Positions 1 through 8,511 of a DNA stretch of 64,000 nt are shown here, piece after piece. The position numbers and the translations under genes were made by a program. Position 1 is the first letter of the stretch, and each line of letters begins with the position of its first letter. The stretch spans positions 124,001 through 188,000 of the IMG/VR virus record IMGVR_UViG_3300049001_000044. One strand, given 5' to 3'. Under the pieces are notes generated by a model. That model saw only the letters and a list, made by a program, of their open reading frames with translations. It was not told where the DNA came from and made no database searches.

Positions 1-709
1 CTTTCTTGAAGTCACCCTTCTGAATGCATTCCAGCAGACCAAACTTCCAGTCAGCGGCATCAGCACTCACATCCTTCGCACTTTGCAGTTTCTTGTTCTG
101 CACATTTTGGGACAGGAGCTGGATAGTCTTGCGAATGTCAGGGTAGCCAACAGCCACGTAATCGCACAGGATCAGAGGATCATATTCCACCTTTTCCGTG
201 TCCAGCATTTCTGCCATTCGCAGCGCAACCTTCTCTTGGTCAGGGGCTTTGAACGACACCTCTTGGAATCGGCTACGCAGCGGAGGGATGACCTTGTTGA
301 CGTAGTTGCAGGTGGCGATGTAGCGGCAGTTCTCCGAGCTGTCTTCGATCAGCGAACGAAGCAGAGCTTGTGCATCGAGCGAGAGGTAGTCGAACTCTTC
401 CAACTGAATCACTTTGAACTTACCCAGTGGGAAGGTCATTGCGAAGCCAACCGCCTTGTCACGAAGGGCTTCGATCTTTTCGTCCGAACATTTCAGCCTT
501 AACACATCAGACGGATCAATTTGCAGATCGTTGATGAGGGCTTTGGAGATGGTGGTCTTTCCGGTGCCTTGCACGCCGAACAACAGGAGATTGGGAAGAT
601 CACCGCTTGCTACGATGTTCTTGAAGAAGTTCTCTTGCTTATCGTCCTGAAAGATTACTTCAGCGATAGTCTTCGGGCGATAGCGTTCAACCCACAGCGA
701 TGTTTTCAT
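1..709 (-). CDS. Clamp loader large subunit (T4 gp44 / RFC-like AAA+), runs off the window edge
   Basis: Not in ORF track; manual translation from ATG at 709: MKTSLWVERYRPKTIAEV...LLFGVQGTGKTT (Walker A)...IQLEEFD...ATCNYVNKVIPPLRSRFQ (sensor/SRC-like motif). Confidence 0.93.
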   Translation of the reverse strand, partial: MKTSLWVERYRPKTIAEVIFQDDKQENFFKNIVASGDLPNLLLFGVQGTGKTTISKALINDLQIDPSDVLRLKCSDEKIEALRDKAVGFAMTFPLGKFKVIQLEEFDYLSLDAQALLRSLIEDSSENCRYIATCNYVNKVIPPLRSRFQEVSFKAPDQEKVALRMAEMLDTEKVEYDPLILCDYVAVGYPDIRKTIQLLSQNVQNKKLQSAKDVSADAADWKFGLLECIQKGDFKK

Positions 710-745
710 TTTGATCCTTTAAGTGACAGCGATACCTACCGTACT

Positions 746-776
746 ATTGTAGTACGGAGGCAATCAACTTTAAACT
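746..776 (-). promoter_or_regulatory. Phage promoter AGTTT-N20-TACAAT upstream of clamp loader
   Basis: One of ten copies of the motif with near-fixed spacing. Confidence 0.7.
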
Positions 777-780
777 TCAG

Positions 781-1188
781 TCAGTCTTTGCAGTCTTCGC
801 TGATGCGAGTAGGAGGGGTAGTGCCGAAGAACTCAGGATGCTTCGCGTAGTGCGCAGCTCGTTCTTGGTGGTCTTGCTCGAGGTAGGCCTGCAGCGCATT
901 CACAACGTGCTGCGTCTCGTGAGGGGACATGTGGTAGAAGAGAGTGTCGAGAAGCTTCTTCGCCATCTCCTTTGCATCCTCGCATGTCGCACTGATGCCT
1001 TGTTCAGCAAGTTGTTCAGTGCGCCATAGCCCGGCAAAGGAGTGGGTGATTGACTCATGCGAAGCATGCTCCACGATAAGATGAAAGCGCTCATTCTCTG
1101 TCCGATAGATGAGGTACTCTTCCTTGCCACGCCATGTGGGATTACCGTTCTCTTCGGCAAACTTTTCTAACGGTTGAAGGTCTGTCAT
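781..1188 (-). CDS. Hypothetical protein (135 aa)
   Basis: ORF track; co-oriented, ATGA overlap with upstream micro-ORF. Confidence 0.75.
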   Translation of the reverse strand: MTDLQPLEKFAEENGNPTWRGKEEYLIYRTENERFHLIVEHASHESITHSFAGLWRTEQLAEQGISATCEDAKEMAKKLLDTLFYHMSPHETQHVVNALQAYLEQDHQERAAHYAKHPEFFGTTPPTRISEDCKD

Positions 1189-1265
1189 TTCTTCTTCGGT
1201 GGTTTTGGGAACAACGTGCAGAGGATCATCGCCAGCACCATGATCACCATGGGATGGGAGTTCAT
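1185..1265 (-). CDS. Small hydrophobic protein (26 aa)
   Basis: MNSHPMVIMVLAMILCTLFPKPPKKK; fills the gap exactly with ATGA overlaps at both ends. Confidence 0.55.
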   Translation of the reverse strand: MNSHPMVIMVLAMILCTLFPKPPKKK

Positions 1266-1600
1266 TGATAGGTCTTCAGCCAGCGATTCAGGATTTTCTT
1301 GCACTCTCTAGCTTCTTCGCCCTTCCACGCCTGCATGTTGTTGAGCATGTACATGACTTGAGATTGAACACCTCTGATGCCGAACAGCTCACCATCCTCT
1401 CCTCGACTTTGGAAGGATTTCGTCATTGCATGGGCGTAGGTCAGAGCATAGGTGTTAACGCTTGCATTCAGCATGGCGATTCGAAGGGCGTCGATGACTT
1501 CCTTGGGCACCTTCGCCTTCGCAAGTTGCACGGCAAGTTCGTCGCTCATCATTGGGCCAGGGCCTTTGTTCTTGCCCTCTAGTAGTTCATTCACTTTCAT
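1262..1600 (-). CDS. Hypothetical protein (112 aa) with MKVNELLE leader
   Basis: Start moved to ATG 1600 (GGAG RBS); LLE leader like other putative head proteins. Confidence 0.7.
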   Translation of the reverse strand: MKVNELLEGKNKGPGPMMSDELAVQLAKAKVPKEVIDALRIAMLNASVNTYALTYAHAMTKSFQSRGEDGELFGIRGVQSQVMYMLNNMQAWKGEEARECKKILNRWLKTYQ

Positions 1601-1601
1601 G

Positions 1602-1811
1602 TTAGCTCCAGCATAGTCTGAGTTTGCGCTTGACGATCTCCACTCCGGCGATTTCACGTGGATCGATCCAAGCAATGTTCTGTTGGTCTTTCTTTGGCCA
1701 CTTGATGTTGTAGCCCTCTTCACCGAACTTCCAGTCGCGGACGTTCTTAGTGACGATGGTGCCACCACCTTTCAGGATAATTCGTAGGTCGTGCAGCTCT
1801 TCAAACTTCAT
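1602..1811 (-). CDS. Hypothetical protein (69 aa)
   Basis: ORF track; abuts neighbours, GAGG RBS. Confidence 0.65.
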   Translation of the reverse strand: MKFEELHDLRIILKGGGTIVTKNVRDWKFGEEGYNIKWPKKDQQNIAWIDPREIAGVEIVKRKLRLCWS

Positions 1812-1820
1812 CTTGTCCTC

Positions 1821-3173
1821 TTATTTTGGATTGCCTACAACGACGGGATCAGCTTGAGCTGGCTCTTCGATGTAGTGGTTACGCAGTCTAACGGAATGGT
1901 TGGAAAGCGTGGTGTTGTCGGTAACGATGTCAGCATTGTAGGTGCTTACATCTTCAAGCGCACTACGTGGAGTGGACAGAGCGATGACATCGCGGCCGTC
2001 TTTCTCTTTCATAGTGATGCGAGGCGATGGAGTTGTCGGTTGTACAACTGCTTCTTCCTCGTGCGAGCTTTGGAGGTCTTCTTCCGGAGTGCACGCGTTG
2101 CATGGGACATAGACACCAGGGCCAACGTGGTGGTCACCATCACCGCCGCAGTAGGCGCAGTCTGGATCTTGTGCAGGTGTTTGAAGCTCCTCTACAGGAA
2201 CCAACTCCATCTGGTCAGCGGTGATTGTCGGCTTGATTTCGGCATAACCGTGTGGATTCTCAGCGATTGCTTCCTTCACTGCTTCAGCGCGCTTAGCTTC
2301 TTCATAGGCCTCTTGCTCAGCGACAAGCTCGCCTACGATGCGATCACGATCTTCCTTGGTGAAGCCGAAGTCTTCGTACACCTTGTCGATGTCTTTCTCT
2401 GAGTGAGTGTCGAACTCAGGCCCATAATTGAAGGTCTTGCCGCCCACATTGATATGCTCCATCATCTGGCTAGGCTGGGCTACTTGTTCCTTCTTCTTGC
2501 GATTCAGTTCAAGGAGAAAGTTACCTGCGATGAGTAGCGAGATAGCAAGAGGGTCGAACACAATCATGATGGTGAGGATGACCCACTTCACTGCTTCTTC
2601 AGGCGTGGTGTTGAAGGCCTTCGCAACATACATGATTGGACCGACGTGAAGCTCTTTGTCGATGTTCTTGATTTTGAGATCAGGCAGTTCCGTGTCGATC
2701 TCAGCCAACCGACCGTTCACACGATTGACTTCAGGGCCAAACTGCTTGATGAGCTGAGTACGACCACGAACGTTGTTGTCCGCGACCTTTGCAATCTGCG
2801 CGTCGATTTCTTCCTTGCGCTTTTGCAGTCTTCCCTTCTCTTCTTCAAGGGTTTGGATTTTGATGGCTTGTGTACCAGTGTCGGCGATCGCCTTTTGGAA
2901 TTCTCCTGATAGGAAGCCAAAAGCACCCGCCGATGTGATGCTTACGAGGACGATGGTGGCCAACGTCATGTACACCTTCATAGGCCACTTGATCGAAGAC
3001 CAGTGTTTGTACAGGAACGAAACGGCCATCACCTTCCCGTAATCAAGCGCAACGGATAGGACGATCACGACAGGGCTTGCTGCAAAGATTGCAGACAGGC
3101 CAACAACGGATACGTAAGTACCGATGCCTTCGATGCCGAAGGCGGCTAGGAATACGAGAAAGGCGAATAGCAT
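1821..3173 (-). CDS. Multi-pass membrane / coiled-coil protein with acidic C-terminal region
   Basis: N-terminal hydrophobic helices, heptad-rich segment, further TM, CAYC...CNAC motif. Confidence 0.8.
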   Translation of the reverse strand: MLFAFLVFLAAFGIEGIGTYVSVVGLSAIFAASPVVIVLSVALDYGKVMAVSFLYKHWSSIKWPMKVYMTLATIVLVSITSAGAFGFLSGEFQKAIADTGTQAIKIQTLEEEKGRLQKRKEEIDAQIAKVADNNVRGRTQLIKQFGPEVNRVNGRLAEIDTELPDLKIKNIDKELHVGPIMYVAKAFNTTPEEAVKWVILTIMIVFDPLAISLLIAGNFLLELNRKKKEQVAQPSQMMEHINVGGKTFNYGPEFDTHSEKDIDKVYEDFGFTKEDRDRIVGELVAEQEAYEEAKRAEAVKEAIAENPHGYAEIKPTITADQMELVPVEELQTPAQDPDCAYCGGDGDHHVGPGVYVPCNACTPEEDLQSSHEEEAVVQPTTPSPRITMKEKDGRDVIALSTPRSALEDVSTYNADIVTDNTTLSNHSVRLRNHYIEEPAQADPVVVGNPK

Positions 3174-3181
3174 ATATGTGA

Positions 3182-3499
3182 TTAGTAGGCGTAGGTATCT
3201 TCAACGCTTGCGCCAAGAGCGCAAACTTGCTTTTCATCTGACTTCCAAAGGCGTGTGCCACCTTCGTTGAAGCCAGTGGTCCACTTGCCCGCTTCGATCA
3301 GAACGTAATCACCAACGTTGAAGTCCTTGACGTCTGGACCTACAGCGAACACCTTACCCCAACGAGCGTACTGCCCTTGAGAAAGGATGTCTTGGTTGGT
3401 GAGGATGAAGCCAAACTTGCTCTTCTCGATGAATAGACCCTCAGCGGTGTCATTCACAAATTCGAACAAGAAGCTGTCATGTAGCGGATTAAGCGACAT
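3182..3499 (-). CDS. groES: GroES-like co-chaperonin
   Basis: LNPLHD...GKVFAVGPDV...VGDYVL, typical Cpn10 pattern. Confidence 0.88.
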   Translation of the reverse strand: MSLNPLHDSFLFEFVNDTAEGLFIEKSKFGFILTNQDILSQGQYARWGKVFAVGPDVKDFNVGDYVLIEAGKWTTGFNEGGTRLWKSDEKQVCALGASVEDTYAY

Positions 3500-3520
3500 T
3501 GTAACTCCTATGGGATGAAC

Positions 3521-3772
3521 TTATTCAGCGTCGACGCCGTCATCAAGAGCGGCTTCGGATTCTGCGATACCTTCCTGTGCTAGGAATAGTGCAGAGACAG
3601 CAGATGATTGTTGAGGTTGTACTTGCTTAGTGCGGATGCCATCCTTTTCATCGATGAAACGGCGGCGATCATCAACACCGACTGGTACTGGCGTGGTCGC
3701 CAGTTGCTGCTTGATTGCGAGGACGTCAAAGTCGACGAATTGGCCGCGTGCACTGCGTGCTTTTCTGCTCAT
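3521..3772 (-). CDS. Hypothetical protein (83 aa)
   Basis: Start moved to MSRKARSARG at 3772 (GGAGA RBS); late-promoter motif upstream. Confidence 0.7.
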   Translation of the reverse strand: MSRKARSARGQFVDFDVLAIKQQLATTPVPVGVDDRRRFIDEKDGIRTKQVQPQQSSAVSALFLAQEGIAESEAALDDGVDAE

Positions 3773-3837
3773 AAGTGAGTTCTCCGAAAAAGGGAATATG
3801 GGATAAATATATAGGTTGCGTTGCAACTCGACAACCG

Positions 3838-3845
3838 TATTTATC
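3838..3845 (-). promoter_or_regulatory. Late promoter motif GATAAATA
   Basis: Intergenic; resembles T4 late TATAAATA; recurs before late genes. Confidence 0.6.
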
Positions 3846-3874
3846 GCCACCCCGGCGAGACTCACTTTCAACAG

Positions 3875-4141
3875 TCAGGACAGAAGTTTCAATCCTTCTC
3901 TTTCGATCCAAAGGGCTAGATCGACGGCATTGTAGATGCGTTCGCCACTCGGAAGGATGATGACGAAGCCATGACCTGTAGGATTGAGCTTACCTCGTCC
4001 CATCTTCATCGTAGTATGTGCATCAACGTGCTCATCATACGGAATCATCTGGCTTTTCAGAAGGGCAGTGACCGCGATGTAATCGAAGTTCTCATTGCCC
4101 TCCTTCATGCTGAAGATGGTTGCTCTACGAGCGATGATCAT
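3875..4141 (-). CDS. Hypothetical protein (88 aa)
   Basis: Start moved to ATG 4141 (GGAGAGG upstream). Confidence 0.65.
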   Translation of the reverse strand: MIIARRATIFSMKEGNENFDYIAVTALLKSQMIPYDEHVDAHTTMKMGRGKLNPTGHGFVIILPSGERIYNAVDLALWIEREGLKLLS

Positions 4142-4224
4142 CGCGTCTTTCCTCTCCAAGGGCAGTTAGCAGGAGAGTGACCGTTGCCACCACATAAGGT
4201 GCACACATGGGTGTAATTAGTCAT
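4138..4224 (-). CDS. CCHC zinc-knuckle micro-protein (28 aa)
   Basis: MTNYTHVCTLCGGNGHSPANCPWRGKTR = C-x2-C-x4-H-x4-C; overlaps both neighbours. Confidence 0.6.
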   Translation of the reverse strand: MTNYTHVCTLCGGNGHSPANCPWRGKTR

Positions 4225-4729
4225 GGTAGAACTCCGATGCAGGAATTGCGTACTTAACAGGATCCACTTCGTGGACACCAATGAGGTGGAGAACAAGTGA
4301 GGCGCAAGAGGAACCCCTACCTACGCCCCACAGTTGGTTCTTGGAACGAAGAGTGTCGATGATGTAGATGAGTGTCTTGAAAATGCTGCCAAGACCGCGA
4401 GTGCGAATCTCCAGCAACTCTTCCATTGCCCTTATCACATACTTCTCACCCTTCTTATGAGCTCGATCCAAGATGTACTCATCCAAATCCATGGTCTGGT
4501 ACTTCATGGGGATATCCCATGCGAAGCTTAGCTCTTCGTTCGCCTGCTTACCTGCGTGAATCACTTCCTCAAAGTCGACCAGGTTGAACTGCTTCACGTC
4601 TTCATTCATGTGAGTGACGACGATCTGAGACGGAGAAACTCCGTGAAGCAGCAGTTCAGGCACCTTCTCAGGTTCTACTTCGTTGGCGCCGTCGAACCAC
4701 AGGGTTCGATCATTGAGGATTGTTTTCAT
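4217..4729 (-). CDS. DnaE (Pol III alpha)-like fragment, 170 aa
   Basis: WGVGRGSSCASLVLHLIGVHEVDPVKY matches the DnaE GRGS region; ends before the PDID catalytic motif. Confidence 0.8.
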   Translation of the reverse strand: MKTILNDRTLWFDGANEVEPEKVPELLLHGVSPSQIVVTHMNEDVKQFNLVDFEEVIHAGKQANEELSFAWDIPMKYQTMDLDEYILDRAHKKGEKYVIRAMEELLEIRTRGLGSIFKTLIYIIDTLRSKNQLWGVGRGSSCASLVLHLIGVHEVDPVKYAIPASEFYHD

Positions 4730-4904
4730 ACTTGATAGCGGAGGGATCGACGCAGTAGGATCGCTTGTTTCGCTGCATCATGATGCCATGCTTGGCATCA
4801 CATTTGGCTTTGAGCTCGGAGATTTTGGTGGCAGAATCCCATACACAATATGGGAGTGCCACCATCATCGCGGCTACTCCAAGAAGAAGCAGCTTGTCTT
4901 TCAT
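4710..4904 (-). CDS. Small protein with N-terminal membrane anchor
   Basis: ORF track; hydrophobic N-terminus, overlaps neighbours. Confidence 0.6.
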   Translation of the reverse strand: MKDKLLLLGVAAMMVALPYCVWDSATKISELKAKCDAKHGIMMQRNKRSYCVDPSAIKYENNPQ

Positions 4905-5137
4905 TTCATGCCAAGGGTGTGGGCTGCGAGCTTGGATAGCACCGTCGCTGGTACTTCGATATGCGGAGCTTCAGGGACGAACAAGACGTCGCCCCATTTG
5001 CCGGTCTCCAGGAAGGTCTTGACGGATTCGCGGTGTTTCTTATTGCGAGGATTGAAGATAACCCGGGTAGGCAGGGCCTTAGTCAGGATTTTAGCTTGCT
5101 TGGCAGTATCAAAGATTTGGTCAACGATGGTTTGCAT
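4901..5137 (-). CDS. Hypothetical protein (78 aa)
   Basis: ORF track; GGAG RBS, first gene after a promoter. Confidence 0.7.
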   Translation of the reverse strand: MQTIVDQIFDTAKQAKILTKALPTRVIFNPRNKKHRESVKTFLETGKWGDVLFVPEAPHIEVPATVLSKLAAHTLGMK

Positions 5138-5168
5138 ATTCAGCTCCAGTAAAATTCAACGTAAGGCT

Positions 5169-5199
5169 ATTTTACTACGTCAGACGAGCTTCAAAAACT
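5169..5199 (-). promoter_or_regulatory. Phage promoter AGTTT-N20-TAAAAT
   Basis: Motif copy with exact spacing. Confidence 0.7.
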
Positions 5200-5804
5200 C
5201 ACACGTTGAAGATAGTCGTCAGTCCCACGACGAGTCCTGCAGCAGCGCAGATACCGGCGGCGACATAGTTCGTGGTCACAATGTCATCATCGACTCGTGC
5301 ACTTTTCACGCGCTTACGCCTCCACGCATTGAATGGACCCTCCACATACTCGTACTCAACAGTACCGTACTTGTTCTTCAGAACCAGGTAGAGAGCCACG
5401 CTCAGGAAAGTCAGGAGCAAGAAGATGCCCACTACGAGGTGGATGATCGCACCGCCCATCACCTTGAAGATGACGATGCCCATAGTGATCTTGCCCAGCG
5501 GGGTCTGGACGAAGTCGTTTGCCGCCACACCGATCTCTTTCGCGGCAGATACTGCAGCCTTTCCCATGTTGGCGCCCAGTTCACCCCATGCGGTGGCTTC
5601 GTTGCGGACGGTGGCTGAGATATTGGTGGTGCTTGTTGCCTGTTTCTGCAGTTCGGTGGCTTGCGCCATCAGTTGGGTCTTCTGCTCGGGAGTCAGCTTG
5701 CTCACATCGATCGAGCTGATATCGGATGCGCTCACAGCAGGAACTGCAAAGGCGGGGGTTACGAATGTTGCCAGAAGTGCCAGGGCGGCGAGGAACTTTT
5801 TCAT
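5199..5804 (-). CDS. Exported/membrane protein (201 aa)
   Basis: Start moved to MKKFLAALALLATFVTPAFA (signal peptide); two further hydrophobic segments. Confidence 0.75.
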   Translation of the reverse strand: MKKFLAALALLATFVTPAFAVPAVSASDISSIDVSKLTPEQKTQLMAQATELQKQATSTTNISATVRNEATAWGELGANMGKAAVSAAKEIGVAANDFVQTPLGKITMGIVIFKVMGGAIIHLVVGIFLLLTFLSVALYLVLKNKYGTVEYEYVEGPFNAWRRKRVKSARVDDDIVTTNYVAAGICAAAGLVVGLTTIFNV

Positions 5805-5838
5805 GCTTTTCCTTTCAGGGTGGTTTGGAATGTTGTGC

Positions 5839-6123
5839 TTATCGGCCTGCTTTCGCTGCAGCTTGGCGAATGGCCTTGGCTTCCTTCTTGTTCGGCACGT
5901 GCTCACGGGTAGCGAGGATTGCTTTGACGCGATTACGGAGACCACCGATGATGTAGTTCTCATCCCGCTCTGCTTGGGTCAGCACCTCATCGCCGCAGTG
6001 GGATGGGCAGCCACAGCGGTTCATCCCACTGTAGGTGGAGTCGCGGAGGGTCATGAGAGCACGAGTCGTCAGACCTTCCAGTTCTTGGGTGCTCTTGTTC
6101 AGATATGCGTGTGCGTTTATCAT
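5839..6123 (-). CDS. Hypothetical protein (94 aa)
   Basis: ORF track; ATGA overlap with upstream lipoprotein gene. Confidence 0.65.
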   Translation of the reverse strand: MINAHAYLNKSTQELEGLTTRALMTLRDSTYSGMNRCGCPSHCGDEVLTQAERDENYIIGGLRNRVKAILATREHVPNKKEAKAIRQAAAKAGR

Positions 6124-6398
6124 TCGTTTTCGTCCTTATCTTTTTGGCAGGGGATGTTCTTACCCTCGATGTCTTGTTGAGGAGACAGATTATTTCCATG
6201 CTCCAGGTAGGTCACACCATCAATGCACTGCTTGAAGACGGTGTAGGCACCTGGGGCTTCGTAGTTCCTCGCAATGCGAAACATGAAGTCAGGATGATCA
6301 AGCTTACGCTGTTCCTCCTTCATCTTCACATACTCTTCTTGCGAGGGGCCACAGGCCGAGAGTGAGGCGGCCATTAAAACCAGTAGTGCGTACTTCAT
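6120..6398 (-). CDS. Putative lipoprotein
   Basis: Lipobox LSAC after a hydrophobic leader; CIDG...PC motif. Confidence 0.75.
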   Translation of the reverse strand: MKYALLVLMAASLSACGPSQEEYVKMKEEQRKLDHPDFMFRIARNYEAPGAYTVFKQCIDGVTYLEHGNNLSPQQDIEGKNIPCQKDKDENE

Positions 6399-6685
6399 TT
6401 GACTTCCGTGTTGGTGCAGGCGGTTGGCAGGCCAGTGGTTGGGTTCAGATGCTGGGTGATGTTCTCGCCAAAGGTGACGAATTGAGCACCATCAACACAG
6501 AGGATTCGAACCGAGACGTTCAGGAAATCATTGTCGCCCGAGAACATACGAGCAGTGACGTTGATCTTCTGTTTGCCAGCAGCGGTCACGGGATGATCGC
6601 CTTTCTTCGCAGTGTTGGGTTCCTTACTACTGCATGCGGCGAGGGCAACAGCAAGAAGGCTGAGGATGAGCAGGGACTTTTTCAT
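6395..6685 (-). CDS. Putative lipoprotein, paralogue of neighbour
   Basis: Lipobox LAAC; CVDG...AC motif. Confidence 0.75.
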   Translation of the reverse strand: MKKSLLILSLLAVALAACSSKEPNTAKKGDHPVTAAGKQKINVTARMFSGDNDFLNVSVRILCVDGAQFVTFGENITQHLNPTTGLPTACTNTEVK

Positions 6686-7212
6686 TTCTTCTCCGGGATG
6701 TGGTCAACTTTTACACCGTACTTTCGGAGCAGCTCGATGCCATCCTTGATACGGTATTCACGACGATAAACAACTCTTGTGATCTTGGCCTGCACGATCA
6801 GCTTGGCGCACTCAGGACATGGAGAGTCCGTCACGTAGAGGGTACCACCCTGTGCACCAATGCCACCATTTTCAGTGATCTTGAGGAGGGCGTTGGACTC
6901 GGCATGCAGCACGTCTGGCTTAGTCCTCAGCACTTTGCTTGGTGGACCACCTATACCATCTTGGCCATCATAGCCTTCTGGCATTGTGTAGTACTCGCAC
7001 ACATCATCAGCGGCTCCAGACGGCATGCCGTTGTAACCATCACTGATGATTTGCTTGTCCTTGACGATCAAGGCGCCGACCTGGAGACGATTTGCTTTCG
7101 AGCGATGAGCCCACACTTCAGCCATCTGAAGATAGGCCTCGTCTAAGTCGATGCGATTTGGATTGGTTGTGAGTTTGGTGTACATGAAGTATTGTACTTC
7201 ATGTACATTCAA
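6682..7212 (-). CDS. dCMP deaminase
   Basis: QVGALIV...GYNGMPSG, HAESNAL and SPCPECAKLI zinc motifs. Confidence 0.93.
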   Translation of the reverse strand: MNVHEVQYFMYTKLTTNPNRIDLDEAYLQMAEVWAHRSKANRLQVGALIVKDKQIISDGYNGMPSGAADDVCEYYTMPEGYDGQDGIGGPPSKVLRTKPDVLHAESNALLKITENGGIGAQGGTLYVTDSPCPECAKLIVQAKITRVVYRREYRIKDGIELLRKYGVKVDHIPEKK

Positions 7213-7225
7213 ATGAAATCTTCGT

Positions 7226-7564
7226 TCAGTGGTAAACCCTCGCGACCTTCACCTCTTCTTCGGGGTCAATGCCTCGATCGCTCTCGATCTCCCTAATCAC
7301 TTGACGAATGGCCTGGAAGAGTTCAGGTGAGCCCTGATCGAGCTTCTCGGTCAGGATATTGTAGAGGGCTTCTTGGATGATGCCGTGATCGCCAGCACAA
7401 TCGAAGTAGGTTTGGAAGTTTGTTGATTCGCCGTTCTCATCGAGAGGATCTGCGGCCGAGATCAAAAGTACAGCACGGTCTGTTTCAAAGTCCCCATCGA
7501 TTTCAGAAATGATGGGATCGACTGCTTCTTGCAGTTCTTGGAGGAGGGTATCGTCGGTGGTCAT
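7226..7564 (-). CDS. Acidic hypothetical protein (112 aa)
   Basis: Start moved to ATG 7564 (AGGAG RBS). Confidence 0.7.
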   Translation of the reverse strand: MTTDDTLLQELQEAVDPIISEIDGDFETDRAVLLISAADPLDENGESTNFQTYFDCAGDHGIIQEALYNILTEKLDQGSPELFQAIRQVIREIESDRGIDPEEEVKVARVYH

Positions 7565-7603
7565 GTGCTGCTCCTGAGATGAAGGTTGGACATTCATCTC
7601 TAT

Positions 7604-7765
7604 TTAACCCTCGCGAGGTGATCGGTAATGGAACGGGTTCGATGTTTTGTCCAGGATGCGCACACTTTGCTGCAGCTTCTCCACGTGCTGGGCTTGTTCT
7701 TGGATCAGCTCTTCCAGGGTTTCCACATTGTAGAACTTCTTCAGTTGTTCGATATCATGTTGCAC
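7604..7765 (-). CDS. Small coiled-coil protein (53 aa)
   Basis: GTG start with GGAGA RBS; MQHDIEQLKKFYNVETLEELIQEQAQHVEKLQ...PREG; not in ORF track. Confidence 0.65.
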   Translation of the reverse strand: MQHDIEQLKKFYNVETLEELIQEQAQHVEKLQQSVRILDKTSNPFHYRSPREG

Positions 7766-7794
7766 TTTGGTCTCCTAAGGTAAGTCAACGTACT

Positions 7795-7825
7795 ATTTTA
7801 CTTCAGGAAACATTCCTCATAAACT
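7795..7825 (-). promoter_or_regulatory. Phage promoter AGTTT-N20-TAAAAT
   Basis: Motif copy with exact spacing. Confidence 0.7.
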
Positions 7826-7862
7826 TCGACCAGTGCATGAAGGAGTTACTACTAGAACATAG

Positions 7863-7951
7863 TCTGGGACTTACCAGAGGTGCTCAGAGGTGTTCAATGT
7901 GTAGTGATGATAACTTCTATGTGCTTCTGTTAGAAGGTCTCTGAGCACCTC
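7863..7951. repeat. Dispersed intergenic element copy 1 (13-bp inverted arms, 49-nt spacer)
   Basis: GAGGTGCTCAGAG 7877-7889 and CTCTGAGCACCTC 7939-7951. Confidence 0.85.
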
Positions 7952-7962
7952 CAGAAAGCACG

Positions 7963-7983
7963 AAAGGCCCACGAGGGGCCTTT
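7963..7983. terminator. Probable intrinsic terminator hairpin
   Basis: AAAGGCCC-ACGAG-GGGCCTTT, intergenic. Confidence 0.6.
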
Positions 7984-8002
7984 GTTTGTATATAGCGGAG
8001 GA

Positions 8003-8284
8003 TTATTCCTTTGATGTCGCCAAGGTCTCCATGTAAGTGATGTCCAGACCGTCACCTTCCACATAGATGATGTCGGCAGTTCCTGTCCATCCATTTGATC
8101 GAGATCGGAATGGTAGACCCAATCCAAAGTAGTTCTTTAGGGACTGGATAATTTGGCTGGAGTTCTGCCCAAGCGAGACATAAAGTTCTGCCCTCGTCTT
8201 GTACGCTTGCATATCCACTGCGTTAGGAGTTGCGTTTGCCGTTCCCACGAAGAGGAGAGCGGCTAGGAATAAAGTTCGTTTCAT
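8003..8284 (-). CDS. Putative exported protein (93 aa)
   Basis: Start at MKRTLFLAALLFVGTANA (signal peptide), ATGA overlap. Confidence 0.7.
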   Translation of the reverse strand: MKRTLFLAALLFVGTANATPNAVDMQAYKTRAELYVSLGQNSSQIIQSLKNYFGLGLPFRSRSNGWTGTADIIYVEGDGLDITYMETLATSKE

Positions 8285-8511
8285 GGTCTGCGTTTTTTCC
8301 AATTGTAGGAGTCGTCCGTGACATCGACTCCGCGTTTACCGACTGACATGCTGTTCTCCGTAGAGATAGTTACGTGTTGATAACCAGCATTGCGAAGACG
8401 TTCTGCCTCTTTCAAGGACCTTCCCAGAACGTCTTCACCATCAACCATGGTCCCTTGCGCTTTACCTTCCTTGTCAAGGTAGTACACGATTGAGGTAATT
8501 TGTTGCATCAT
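8281..8511 (-). CDS. Hypothetical protein (76 aa)
   Basis: ORF track; overlaps neighbours by 4 nt. Confidence 0.7.
   Translation of the reverse strand: MMQQITSIVYYLDKEGKAQGTMVDGEDVLGRSLKEAERLRNAGYQHVTISTENSMSVGKRGVDVTDDSYNWKKRRP

Noticed and set aside
4683-6180. Long plus-strand ORFs (311 and 251 aa)
   Set aside because: Shadows of tightly coupled minus-strand genes; the same holds for most other plus-strand track ORFs, e.g. 25438-26349 and 26473-27291.
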